This document shows positions 27,414 through 34,755 of a stretch of DNA of 34,755 nucleotides, one piece after another. The notes beneath the pieces were generated by a model that saw nothing but the letters and a program-made list of their open reading frames with translations, was not told the origin of the DNA and ran no database searches. This stretch comes from a virus (Duplodnaviria; Caudoviricetes). The stretch lies in IMG/VR virus record IMGVR_UViG_3300038336_000158, positions 1-34,755 of that record; one strand, given 5' to 3'. The number at the start of each line of letters is the position of its first letter. Position 1 is the first letter of the stretch. Made by a program: the position numbers and the translations under genes.

Positions 27414-28871
27414 ATGGCAGAAATCTCAAGATTTTTTGACACAGAATTAACAGCAGAAGGGGAACTAGACAGGGTCTACCCAGTAAAAGACCATGCCGAG
27501 TACTTCGATACGCTAGTCACAACAGGAGTATGGGCAGATATAGCAGATTCCCTAGAAGTGACTGGTCACGGATCACAGATGAAAACAATCGTTGCAACAG
27601 GTAAAGCCTTTGTAAAAGGGTACTACTACGAAAACGATGCACCATTAGAACTTACCCATGAACTACCGGACACATCCCAAGACAGAATAGATTTAATCGT
27701 CTTAAGACTTGATCTTAATAAAGAAAATCGATACATAAAAGCATTTGTGATAACAGGAACACCAGGAATGGGATCACCTGAATTAGTCCTCACACCTGAC
27801 GTTTATGAAATAGCACTTGCAGAAGTATTAATAATCGCAGGAAAAAGCTTTATAGAAACATCAGAGGTCACGGATGCAAGAGAGTACTCTACATACAGAA
27901 CAAAGCCAGCATGGTATCCGGAAGGACAAGTTCCTATGGACGCATGGATGTACGTCCACTTTAAAGAACAGCTTACGGCGCAAGAAATAATAGATATTGA
28001 AGCTAATCCTAGTTTGATGGATGTTATAAACTCATCTTTTATAGTGGGTAGTCTATATAAGCCAAAAGGGGTTTTAGATATTACCTCATCGACAACCTGG
28101 ACCAAACCGGAAAATGCAAAAATGATACAAGTCTTAATGTGGGGTGGCGGTGGTGGCGGTGCAGCCGGTGACAGATATACGTCTTATGCAACAAGCAGAT
28201 ATATAACTGGTGGTGGTGGAGGTGGTGGCGGTGCATTTATAGACATCTTACTACCTGCATCAGCATTTGAAAAAAATTTACCTGCTATTATAGGAGCTGG
28301 CGGTATGGGCGGTCAAACAATTAGAGCAAATGGGAATGTTGGTGGAGATACAAGATTAGGCCCTTATGTAGCAAAAGGCGGTGTAAGAGGAAATGGACAG
28401 TCAAGTGGAACATCTAACCAAATAGCTATAGGTGGAGCAGGTGGAGAATCGCTAAATATGCCTATATATTGGTCAGGTGGAAAAGGCGGAAACTCAAATA
28501 GCGCACTTGGAGGTGAGAGTGGAATTGGATTAATACAGAGTGGATGTGGTGGCGGTGGCGGTGGAACGATAGAACTCACGTCAAAAAAATTACCGGGACT
28601 TGGCGGTGTAAGTAATATAAGTGAAATGATAAGTGCGGGATATTCAGAGAACGGGCTACCGTCAACAAACCCATTTCTTCCTGGAGGAGGCGGTGGTGGG
28701 GGGAAATCGACAACTAATGGTAACAATGCAGAGAATGGTGGACATGGCGGATTCCCATCGGCAGGTGGAGGCGGTGGTGGAGCGTCCGGTAACACGGAAG
28801 GGGTAACGAATGGTGATTTTGGGGTAGGCGGAAACGGAGCCAATGGAAAAATAACAATAAGGTGGTGGTAA
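27414..28871 (+). CDS. Baseplate/tail fiber protein with glycine-rich C-terminal domain
   Basis: SRFFD...DRVY...G.AFVKGY...DRIDLIVLRLD N-terminal domain; many GGGGG runs in the C-terminal half. Confidence 0.82.
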   Translation: MAEISRFFDTELTAEGELDRVYPVKDHAEYFDTLVTTGVWADIADSLEVTGHGSQMKTIVATGKAFVKGYYYENDAPLELTHELPDTSQDRIDLIVLRLDLNKENRYIKAFVITGTPGMGSPELVLTPDVYEIALAEVLIIAGKSFIETSEVTDAREYSTYRTKPAWYPEGQVPMDAWMYVHFKEQLTAQEIIDIEANPSLMDVINSSFIVGSLYKPKGVLDITSSTTWTKPENAKMIQVLMWGGGGGGAAGDRYTSYATSRYITGGGGGGGGAFIDILLPASAFEKNLPAIIGAGGMGGQTIRANGNVGGDTRLGPYVAKGGVRGNGQSSGTSNQIAIGGAGGESLNMPIYWSGGKGGNSNSALGGESGIGLIQSGCGGGGGGTIELTSKKLPGLGGVSNISEMISAGYSENGLPSTNPFLPGGGGGGGKSTTNGNNAENGGHGGFPSAGGGGGGASGNTEGVTNGDFGVGGNGANGKITIRWW

Positions 28872-28872
28872 T

Positions 28873-29169
28873 ATGGTGACAAATCCTAAAAAAGCCGTTG
28901 TTATCGGTGGTGTGGTTACTAATATAATTATTAGTTCAGATCCAAGCTTTAAAATTACGAATGCCGAATTAGTATCGACTAAGAAAGGGCAAGTTGTTGG
29001 TATCGGATATTTATGGGATGGTGAAAATTTCATTGAGAATAATATACCAGAACCAAAAACAGAACTCGAGCTATTAAAAGAAACCATTCAACTACAAGAA
29101 CTACAATTAGCCGAACAGAACCAAAACATGTCCGATTTTATGGACTTTATATTCTCAACGATGGAATAA
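28873..29169 (+). CDS. Putative tail fiber-associated chaperone
   Basis: AVVIGGVVTNII...GIGYLWDGENF, C-terminal coiled coil. Confidence 0.6.
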   Translation: MVTNPKKAVVIGGVVTNIIISSDPSFKITNAELVSTKKGQVVGIGYLWDGENFIENNIPEPKTELELLKETIQLQELQLAEQNQNMSDFMDFIFSTME

Positions 29170-29181
29170 AGGAGGCGCTAT

Positions 29182-29400
29182 ATGATATTACAATTTAGAG
29201 TACAAACTTATGCAAGAGCCATTTATGTTTTTGGAACTAACAGATTAACAACAAGGGACGGTTATCCGGGATTGGCAGATGGATACTATCCTGAAGTACA
29301 AAGATACGCGTCAAAGACATACACAACAGAGCAGCTAGATATCGCTTTAGCAAGTGGTTGGATAACACAAGCTGAGTACGATGAAACTAGAGCATTCTAA
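29182..29400 (+). CDS. Small XkdX-like tail-region protein
   Basis: C-terminal GWITQAEYDE; AAGGAGG RBS. Confidence 0.6.
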   Translation: MILQFRVQTYARAIYVFGTNRLTTRDGYPGLADGYYPEVQRYASKTYTTEQLDIALASGWITQAEYDETRAF

Positions 29401-29421
29401 ATATTAAAAGAGGTGATGAAT

Positions 29422-31434
29422 ATGTTTCTATTAAACAAAGCAATGAATCTTGACATAAATACAAACGGTATAGCTGACGATTGGGAACAATTCTTCTCCT
29501 CTGGTAATATCAATCATGAGTTCAGTATCGATGCGACTCTAAACTGTCAAAAATTAAAGAGTACTGGTGGTAGTGGAAGCGGTTTTAGATATGTCGGTAT
29601 GGATTATGACCACCTAATACCTGTAACCGTCGGAGATGTGATAAAAGTCGAATTTGATTTTTACACTGAAGCAAACATAAACATAGGTATAGGCGCTACA
29701 CTATATAACTCTAGTGGTGTTGCCATAGATGAGTCCGAAGACAATACATCGTCTTTAAATACCTGGAGCACCAAAACACACCAATTTACAGTACCATCAG
29801 GCACATCATATATAACACCTTATTATTATCTATATGTAACAGCATCAAATATAGTAGGTAATCTGTTTGTTAAAAACGCAGAGGTCTACATCAATAATGT
29901 AAAGCTACCTACACCAATCAACATACCTACAATTAATGGATTAACGGTACCGGTTAAAGGTGAAATACCAGCAATAACAATAACCGAGACAGATCAGTTT
30001 AACGGTACGGTCTCGTGGTCCCCCAATAACAATCTATTTTTAGCAAGTACAATCTATACAGCCGCAATCACACTGACACCAAAAGATGGATTTACATTAT
30101 CTGGAGTACCAGAAGATTTCTTTACTGTTTCGGGCGCAACGGTAAGTAACGACGCTGATTCGGGAGTTATTACAGCTATTTATCCAATTACAGAATCAGA
30201 ACCAGTAATACCTGACCCAGAACCAGATCCCGAACCTGAACCAGAACCGGAAGTACCACAAGAACCAAGTTTTTACCCCGAATCAGAACCAATGATAAAC
30301 CACTTTAAACCAATTAGGATAATGACACCAGAATTATGGCTATTAGGAGAGATAGATGACTATGAATCATTTACAGCGACCTATCGGTACCATGCTCCTG
30401 GAGAATTTGAGCTGGTTATAAATTTAAACAAACAAAGCACGAATTTACTACAAAAAAACAACGTCATAATGCTTGGCGCTGATCCTAAAAAAGTACATAT
30501 CATCAAACATAGAAATTTTATCCAAGAAAATGATGAAACATTAACAGTTAGAGGATATACTCTATCTGGAATCACAAGGCAAAGAAGGACGATTCCACCA
30601 ACGGGACAAGCATATGATAGATTAACGGCAAATGCAGAAACAATCATGAAAACCTATATAGATCATAACTGTATCAACCCATCAAACCCGGATAGGGTTT
30701 TTTCTATGTTAATCAATAATGAAAATTTAGAAAGAGGACCATCACTACCATGGCAGACAAGACTAAAAAACTTAGCTGATGAGCTTGAATCAATATCAAG
30801 AACAACCGGTATAGGATGGCAAATCTCCATCGATTTAGATTTGGAAAAATGGATATTTGATGTATATGAAGGAAAAGACTTAACCTCAGGACAAGAGATT
30901 AATCCACCGGTTATATTCTCGGTTGAGTTTGACAATGTAGAAAGTCAGGAGTACACCGATTCTTTAATTGGTCATGCCAATATTGCTTATGTAGCAGGAA
31001 AAGGCGAAGGAACGGACCGTGTGATAGTAGAAGTGGGAAGCGAAAGCGGCCTAGATCGTTATGAAGAGTTTGTAGACGCCAGAGACATAGGTGTCGGCGA
31101 AGAGGAATCGCCACCATCACCAGAAGAAATTGAAGCGCGGTTAATTGCTAGAGGAGAACAGAAACTAGCAGAGTTAATAGCAGCGGAAGCATTTGAATGT
31201 GAGATATCAAACTCAGGATCATTTAAATACAACGAGGATTGGTCCTTAGGTGACATAGTTACCATTCAAAACAAAAAATGGGGCTTGTCCATGGATGCAA
31301 GAATAACAGAGGTCATTGAGATCTATGAGCCGGATGGATTCAAGCTAAGGGCTGTATTTGGAAACAAACTTCCAACACTAACAGAAAAGCTTAAATCAAA
31401 ATTAGAAAATGCCAATATAGAAACGACAAGGTAG
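29422..31434 (+). CDS. Tail hub protein (ReqiPepy6 Gp37-like) with N-terminal CBM-like and Ig-like domains
   Basis: Gp37-like region from ~30292 (KPIRIM...LLGEIDDYESF, AYVAGKGEG.DR, RYEEFVDARD, DWSLGDIVT), preceded by a PE-rich linker. Confidence 0.8.
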   Translation: MFLLNKAMNLDINTNGIADDWEQFFSSGNINHEFSIDATLNCQKLKSTGGSGSGFRYVGMDYDHLIPVTVGDVIKVEFDFYTEANINIGIGATLYNSSGVAIDESEDNTSSLNTWSTKTHQFTVPSGTSYITPYYYLYVTASNIVGNLFVKNAEVYINNVKLPTPINIPTINGLTVPVKGEIPAITITETDQFNGTVSWSPNNNLFLASTIYTAAITLTPKDGFTLSGVPEDFFTVSGATVSNDADSGVITAIYPITESEPVIPDPEPDPEPEPEPEVPQEPSFYPESEPMINHFKPIRIMTPELWLLGEIDDYESFTATYRYHAPGEFELVINLNKQSTNLLQKNNVIMLGADPKKVHIIKHRNFIQENDETLTVRGYTLSGITRQRRTIPPTGQAYDRLTANAETIMKTYIDHNCINPSNPDRVFSMLINNENLERGPSLPWQTRLKNLADELESISRTTGIGWQISIDLDLEKWIFDVYEGKDLTSGQEINPPVIFSVEFDNVESQEYTDSLIGHANIAYVAGKGEGTDRVIVEVGSESGLDRYEEFVDARDIGVGEEESPPSPEEIEARLIARGEQKLAELIAAEAFECEISNSGSFKYNEDWSLGDIVTIQNKKWGLSMDARITEVIEIYEPDGFKLRAVFGNKLPTLTEKLKSKLENANIETTR

Positions 31435-31455
31435 TAAAAGAAAGAAGGTTGTAAA

Positions 31456-32814
31456 ATGAACAAAGAAATACTGGTATTAGTAGATGATGGTCATGGCGAA
31501 ATGACACCAGGTAAAAGAACACCTAAATTTACAGATGGATCAGTAATAAAAGAACATCAATTTAATCAACCGGTAGCAACCAAACTGGTAGCATTACTAA
31601 AACACAATGGATTATCAGCTCATAACATAACACAAGGAAATGCAGACGTAACATTGCCAACAAGAGTAAAAATCGCAAACGCACTGGCAGCCATCCACTT
31701 AAGAAAATACCCTAATGGTAAAGTGATCTTTATCAGTGTACACTACAACGCAATGTCGGATAACTGGTCAAGCGTCAGTGGTGTTGAAACCTTCCATCAC
31801 TACGGATCAAAAGAAGGAAAAAGACTTGCCGCAGATGTACACAGTGAAATCATAAAAGGTACCGTACAAAGCAACAGAGGTGTAAAAGAAGCGGGATACT
31901 ATGTTATCAAATACACCAGTATGCCGGCCATATTGGTGGAACTTGGATTTATGAGTAATCTAAGAGAAGCATCCTTAATGTTAGACCAAGACTTTCAATA
32001 TGAATGTGCAAGCGAAATTTGCGAAGGCGTTAAGAAATACTTTAACATAACCGAAAGCGCACCCGGACCATTACCAATCCTAACACCTAGCACTAAATTA
32101 GGTTACTCAAAGCTTAGACACTTACATAACAACTTCCTTACCGATGTACACATATACAAGTCAAATAAGCCACCTGAGTATGTACTTGGAACACCAAGGC
32201 GATATGAAAGCATCTCACAGATAGAATCAAAGTACAAAGATGTAGAAGCCATAGTCAATGCAAACTTATTTCCTTTTTCTGCTGTAGATCAAGCAAAAAC
32301 GCCACTTGGGTATGGACTGATAATAACCGATAATGGCCAAGGTAAAAAGATAGCCGACTATTATCAAAATTCATCACCAAACTTCGTTGATTTAATAGCG
32401 TGGAAAGATGGCAAAGTTACAATCGAAACAGTAACATCTCATATTGTAGACAATAGAAGGCTTGCCAATATACAGGGTAACGCCTTTTTTGGTGCAAGTG
32501 GCTGCTACGCTTTGAAGATAGAAGGCAAAGACACAAGATTGTACTGGGACAAAGTATCTCATGCAAACTCATACACAGACCGCACGATGGTAGGCGTAGA
32601 CGGTGAAGGAATGTGGTACATGATTGTAGCAGAATCAAATACAAACTCCAAAGGCCTAAGAGCTCTAGACCAGCAAGTAATATGTGACCTATTAGGTTTA
32701 GACTACTGTGTCAACTTCGATGGTGGTGGATCATCAGCCATGAAGCATAAAGGTAAATTTGTAACCAAACAATCAGGACGAAACATACCTGCAGCCTTTA
32801 TAAGTAGACTATAA
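31456..32814 (+). CDS. Endolysin: Amidase_3 plus phosphodiester glycosidase (NAGPA-like) domain
   Basis: DDGHG, KEH, SVHYN and LVELGFM amidase motifs; RTMVG...NFDGGGSS NAGPA motifs. Confidence 0.88.
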   Translation: MNKEILVLVDDGHGEMTPGKRTPKFTDGSVIKEHQFNQPVATKLVALLKHNGLSAHNITQGNADVTLPTRVKIANALAAIHLRKYPNGKVIFISVHYNAMSDNWSSVSGVETFHHYGSKEGKRLAADVHSEIIKGTVQSNRGVKEAGYYVIKYTSMPAILVELGFMSNLREASLMLDQDFQYECASEICEGVKKYFNITESAPGPLPILTPSTKLGYSKLRHLHNNFLTDVHIYKSNKPPEYVLGTPRRYESISQIESKYKDVEAIVNANLFPFSAVDQAKTPLGYGLIITDNGQGKKIADYYQNSSPNFVDLIAWKDGKVTIETVTSHIVDNRRLANIQGNAFFGASGCYALKIEGKDTRLYWDKVSHANSYTDRTMVGVDGEGMWYMIVAESNTNSKGLRALDQQVICDLLGLDYCVNFDGGGSSAMKHKGKFVTKQSGRNIPAAFISRL

Positions 32815-32829
32815 AACATCAGGAGGACT

Positions 32830-33129
32830 TTGACAGTGAATGAATTATTGATTGGGACAATAGGATTTATAGTAACATCAAGTATAGGACTCTTAGCAAG
32901 AATGATACGTTACGACAGAATAAGGCATCAACAGGATCACGAAATGCTTAAGGTAGGCATGACTCAACTTTTGAAAAGTCAGATATTAGATATCTACAAC
33001 AGATCAATAGAAAAAGGTCATGTAGGAGAACATGAAAAAGATGTTGCAAACGATCTTTACAAATCTTATGAAGCAATGGGTGGAAACGGATACATGAAAC
33101 AGGTCATGGAAAAAATAGGAAGATTATAG
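32830..33129 (+). CDS. Holin-like membrane protein
   Basis: N-terminal TM; LYKSYEAMGGNG motif; AGGAGG RBS. Confidence 0.7.
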   Translation: MTVNELLIGTIGFIVTSSIGLLARMIRYDRIRHQQDHEMLKVGMTQLLKSQILDIYNRSIEKGHVGEHEKDVANDLYKSYEAMGGNGYMKQVMEKIGRL

Positions 33130-33140
33130 GAGGAATAAAA

Positions 33141-33338
33141 ATGAAAACATTAACAGTTAAATGGTTTAAAGCAGCATTAATCAGAGCATTAAAAACAGTG
33201 GGTCAAACTGCATCAGGTATGCTTGCAGTCGGCATGGCGGTAAACGAAGTAGATTGGATGTATGTATTGTCAGTAGCATCAGTAGCAGGCGTACTATCGC
33301 TACTAACAAGCATAGCAGGATTGCCGGAAGTCGAATAA
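33141..33338 (+). CDS. Holin (r1t-like)
   Basis: WFKAALIRALKTVGQTA...VDW...SLLTSIAGLPEV. Confidence 0.9.
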   Translation: MKTLTVKWFKAALIRALKTVGQTASGMLAVGMAVNEVDWMYVLSVASVAGVLSLLTSIAGLPEVE

Positions 33339-33496
33339 CCAAAAAGTTTAATTAAAAGAAACAGTGTTTTGCCAACCCTATGGCTATGATTTGCGTCCAC
33401 TGTTCTTATAGTCTAGTATGGTAATAGACGATAAACAGACCATACAGTGTGAGGGGGCTAGACCTTTAGCTATCCCCTCACATCCAATTAATATTA

Positions 33497-33525
33497 TTGC
33501 AAAAAACTTAATAAAAGTTTATAAT
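33497..33525 (+). promoter_or_regulatory. Near-consensus sigma-A promoter
   Basis: TTGCAA, 17 bp, TATAAT. Confidence 0.75.
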
Positions 33526-33531
33526 CTAATA

Positions 33532-33598
33532 AGTCATATAATCACCGATTAGTGACTCTCCAAAAAAGCCCAAGGACGAAAATCCAAGGGCTTTTTTT
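33532..33598 (+). ncRNA. Candidate ~67-nt sRNA
   Basis: Lies between the promoter and a terminator with no ORF; two hairpins. Confidence 0.5.
33562..33598. terminator. Bidirectional intrinsic terminator
   Basis: AAAAAAGCCC-aa-GGA-cgaaaa-TCC-aa-GGGCTTTTTTT. Confidence 0.8.
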
Positions 33599-33620
33599 AT
33601 TTGCTTAATTATTGATGTTG

Positions 33621-33785
33621 GTGCACACATAGTGCACACACTTTAAAAATATGGCGAAAAACCACGAATGCACACATAAATTATAAAAATAAAAACACGT
33701 AAGAATGGATTAAAACGGGACTTTGCGAACTATCACGAACTCGTAAAAAATACATTTTTGAGACTTAGGATCTAGCGCTTTACGG
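33621..33785 (+). other. Relic tyrosine-integrase att site: arm-type repeats plus tRNA-Leu(TAG) fragment
   Basis: TGCACACA three times (33622, 33633, 33669); AGACTTAGGATCTAGCGCTTTACGG (33761-33785) matches a tRNA-Leu anticodon arm and variable-arm start. Confidence 0.55.
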
Positions 33786-33878
33786 TACTCATATTGACCT
33801 TAATGAAAGTTGTAAAAATCATAAAATTATAGTAAACTTATAAAGTAACTATATACAATGAGGAGAGAGGTAAATATC

Positions 33879-34556
33879 ATGGATAAGAATTTAAGAAAAT
33901 GTAAGTCATGTGGTCATGAAATATCTGCTAAGGGAAAGATAACATGTCCAAGCTGTGGAGCTGTAAATAAGCAACCAATTTACAAAAGAACGTGGTTTAT
34001 CGTTTTAATGGTTTTTATTTTATTAGGTATGCTTGGCAATCTAGGTGACAAAGGTGATGATACCGGCACAGAACCTATGGCAAGTGAAGAGACAACAAAT
34101 GAAGAGAATGTAGATTCGGAACAAACAGAAAATGTTGAAAAAGATTTAACAGAAATAACCCAAACTACCGAAACAGAAGCAAATGATACAGAATTAATTG
34201 AAGCGGAAACAGTTAGTGAGCCGGCAATAGAAACACCGCAAGTTACTACTGTAGAAACTTCTAGCGAGACAGTAGCTCAAAAAAACGCTTTACGAAGCGC
34301 AATAAGCTATCTGAACTACACTTCATTTTCTAGAAGCGGTTTAATAGAGCAATTGAAGTACGAAGGTTTCGATGAAGAAGATGCCGTATATGGTGTTGAT
34401 AATTCTGGAGCTGATTGGATGGAACAAGCAGCAAAAAGCGCACAAGACTATTTGGATTATACTTCTTTTTCTAGAAGCGGACTGATTGATCAATTAATAT
34501 ATGAAGGATTCACAGTGGAACAAGCAACATACGGAACTGATTCAACAGGTTTATAA
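33879..34556 (+). CDS. Ltp-family superinfection-exclusion-like membrane protein
   Basis: Zn ribbon CKSC...CPSC, TM helix, acidic linker, and two repeats A..YL.YTSFSRSGLI.QL.YEGF; own promoter TTGTAA-17-TAAACT (33810-33838). Confidence 0.85.
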   Translation: MDKNLRKCKSCGHEISAKGKITCPSCGAVNKQPIYKRTWFIVLMVFILLGMLGNLGDKGDDTGTEPMASEETTNEENVDSEQTENVEKDLTEITQTTETEANDTELIEAETVSEPAIETPQVTTVETSSETVAQKNALRSAISYLNYTSFSRSGLIEQLKYEGFDEEDAVYGVDNSGADWMEQAAKSAQDYLDYTSFSRSGLIDQLIYEGFTVEQATYGTDSTGL

Positions 34557-34614
34557 TAAAAAAAGAGTTCGGAAAACGTTAAAAAACAGAAAAACAACAA
34601 AGAAATGAAAACAC

Positions 34615-34659
34615 AAAAAGCTGTAAACCCTTATATAATAAAGGTTTTGCAGCTTTTTT
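34615..34659. terminator. Inverted repeat / terminator after the ltp-like gene
   Basis: AAAAAGCTGTAAACCCTT...AAGGTTTTGCAGCTTTTTT. Confidence 0.65.
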
Positions 34660-34664
34660 CTTTA

Positions 34665-34722
34665 GCGCACACGCAGTATGACTTGAACCCACAACATTCT
34701 GACCAGAAGCCAAACGCTCTAT
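34665..34722 (-). pseudogene. Degenerate 3' two-thirds of a tRNA-Arg-like gene (att relic)
   Basis: Reverse complement ATAGAGCG-TTTGG-CTTCTGG-TCAGA-ATGTT-GTGGG-TTCAAGT-CATAC-TGCGTG has anticodon and T arms but no 5' acceptor strand. Confidence 0.6.
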
Positions 34723-34755
34723 AAATTTTATATTTAAAAATAATGACACGAACAT

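Larger units (their letters stand above)
861..34755. mobile_element. Temperate siphovirus-like prophage integrated at the ssrA 3' end (right boundary not seen)
   Basis: Integrase, immunity, replication, packaging, head, tail and lysis modules in canonical order, starting immediately after the tmRNA. Confidence 0.93.

Noticed and set aside
24143-28882. Long minus-strand ORFs inside the tape measure and Gly-rich fiber genes
   Set aside because: These are shadow frames of well-supported + strand genes, with low-complexity translations.
27414-31434. Diversity-generating retroelement or invertible tail-fiber cassette
   Set aside because: No reverse transcriptase, TR/VR pair or invertase was seen; the repeats are just Gly and Pro-Glu codon runs.
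33357-33408. GACGCAAA and GGCAAA on the minus strand, reminiscent of a c-di-GMP-I riboswitch
   Set aside because: The elements are in reversed order, the GNRA loop and full P3 are missing, and there is no downstream gene to regulate.
34665-34722. Functional tRNA-Arg gene
   Set aside because: The 5' acceptor strand and D-arm start are missing and the T-stem is mismatched; kept only as a relic.
33339-34755. attR duplicate of the ssrA 3' end
   Set aside because: No copy of the tmRNA T-arm or acceptor sequence was seen; the junction is probably beyond the window or too short to recognise.

Overview
The window opens with host smpB and the tmRNA gene ssrA (tag AEDNLAFAA, Clostridia/Lachnospirales-like). 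A ~34 kb temperate siphovirus-like prophage follows, inserted at the ssrA 3' end. In order it carries: a large serine integrase whose reading frame runs into the antisense strand of ssrA; an XRE repressor with a divergent-promoter, three-operator switch; early genes (AntA antirepressor, ParB-like protein, many small Zn-ribbon proteins); an unusual replication module (HUH rolling-circle Rep, frameshifted RNase H-like gene, SSB); an ArpU/RinA-like late activator; HNH-TerS-TerL-portal-ClpP-HK97 capsid; a long non-contractile tail with a -1 frameshifted chaperone; an amidase-NAGPA endolysin; two holins; and an Ltp-like superinfection-exclusion gene. The most unusual structure is at 12.9-14.7 kb. 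It is a run of unrelated one-gene units, most closed at or near the stop codon by the same short motif (ACAATAGTCACAGA, often followed by TTGAG), which resembles an integron-like cassette array without its own recombinase. The right end holds candidate sRNAs and tRNA-derived att relics. The true attR was not seen. All coordinates were counted by eye and no database search was run.
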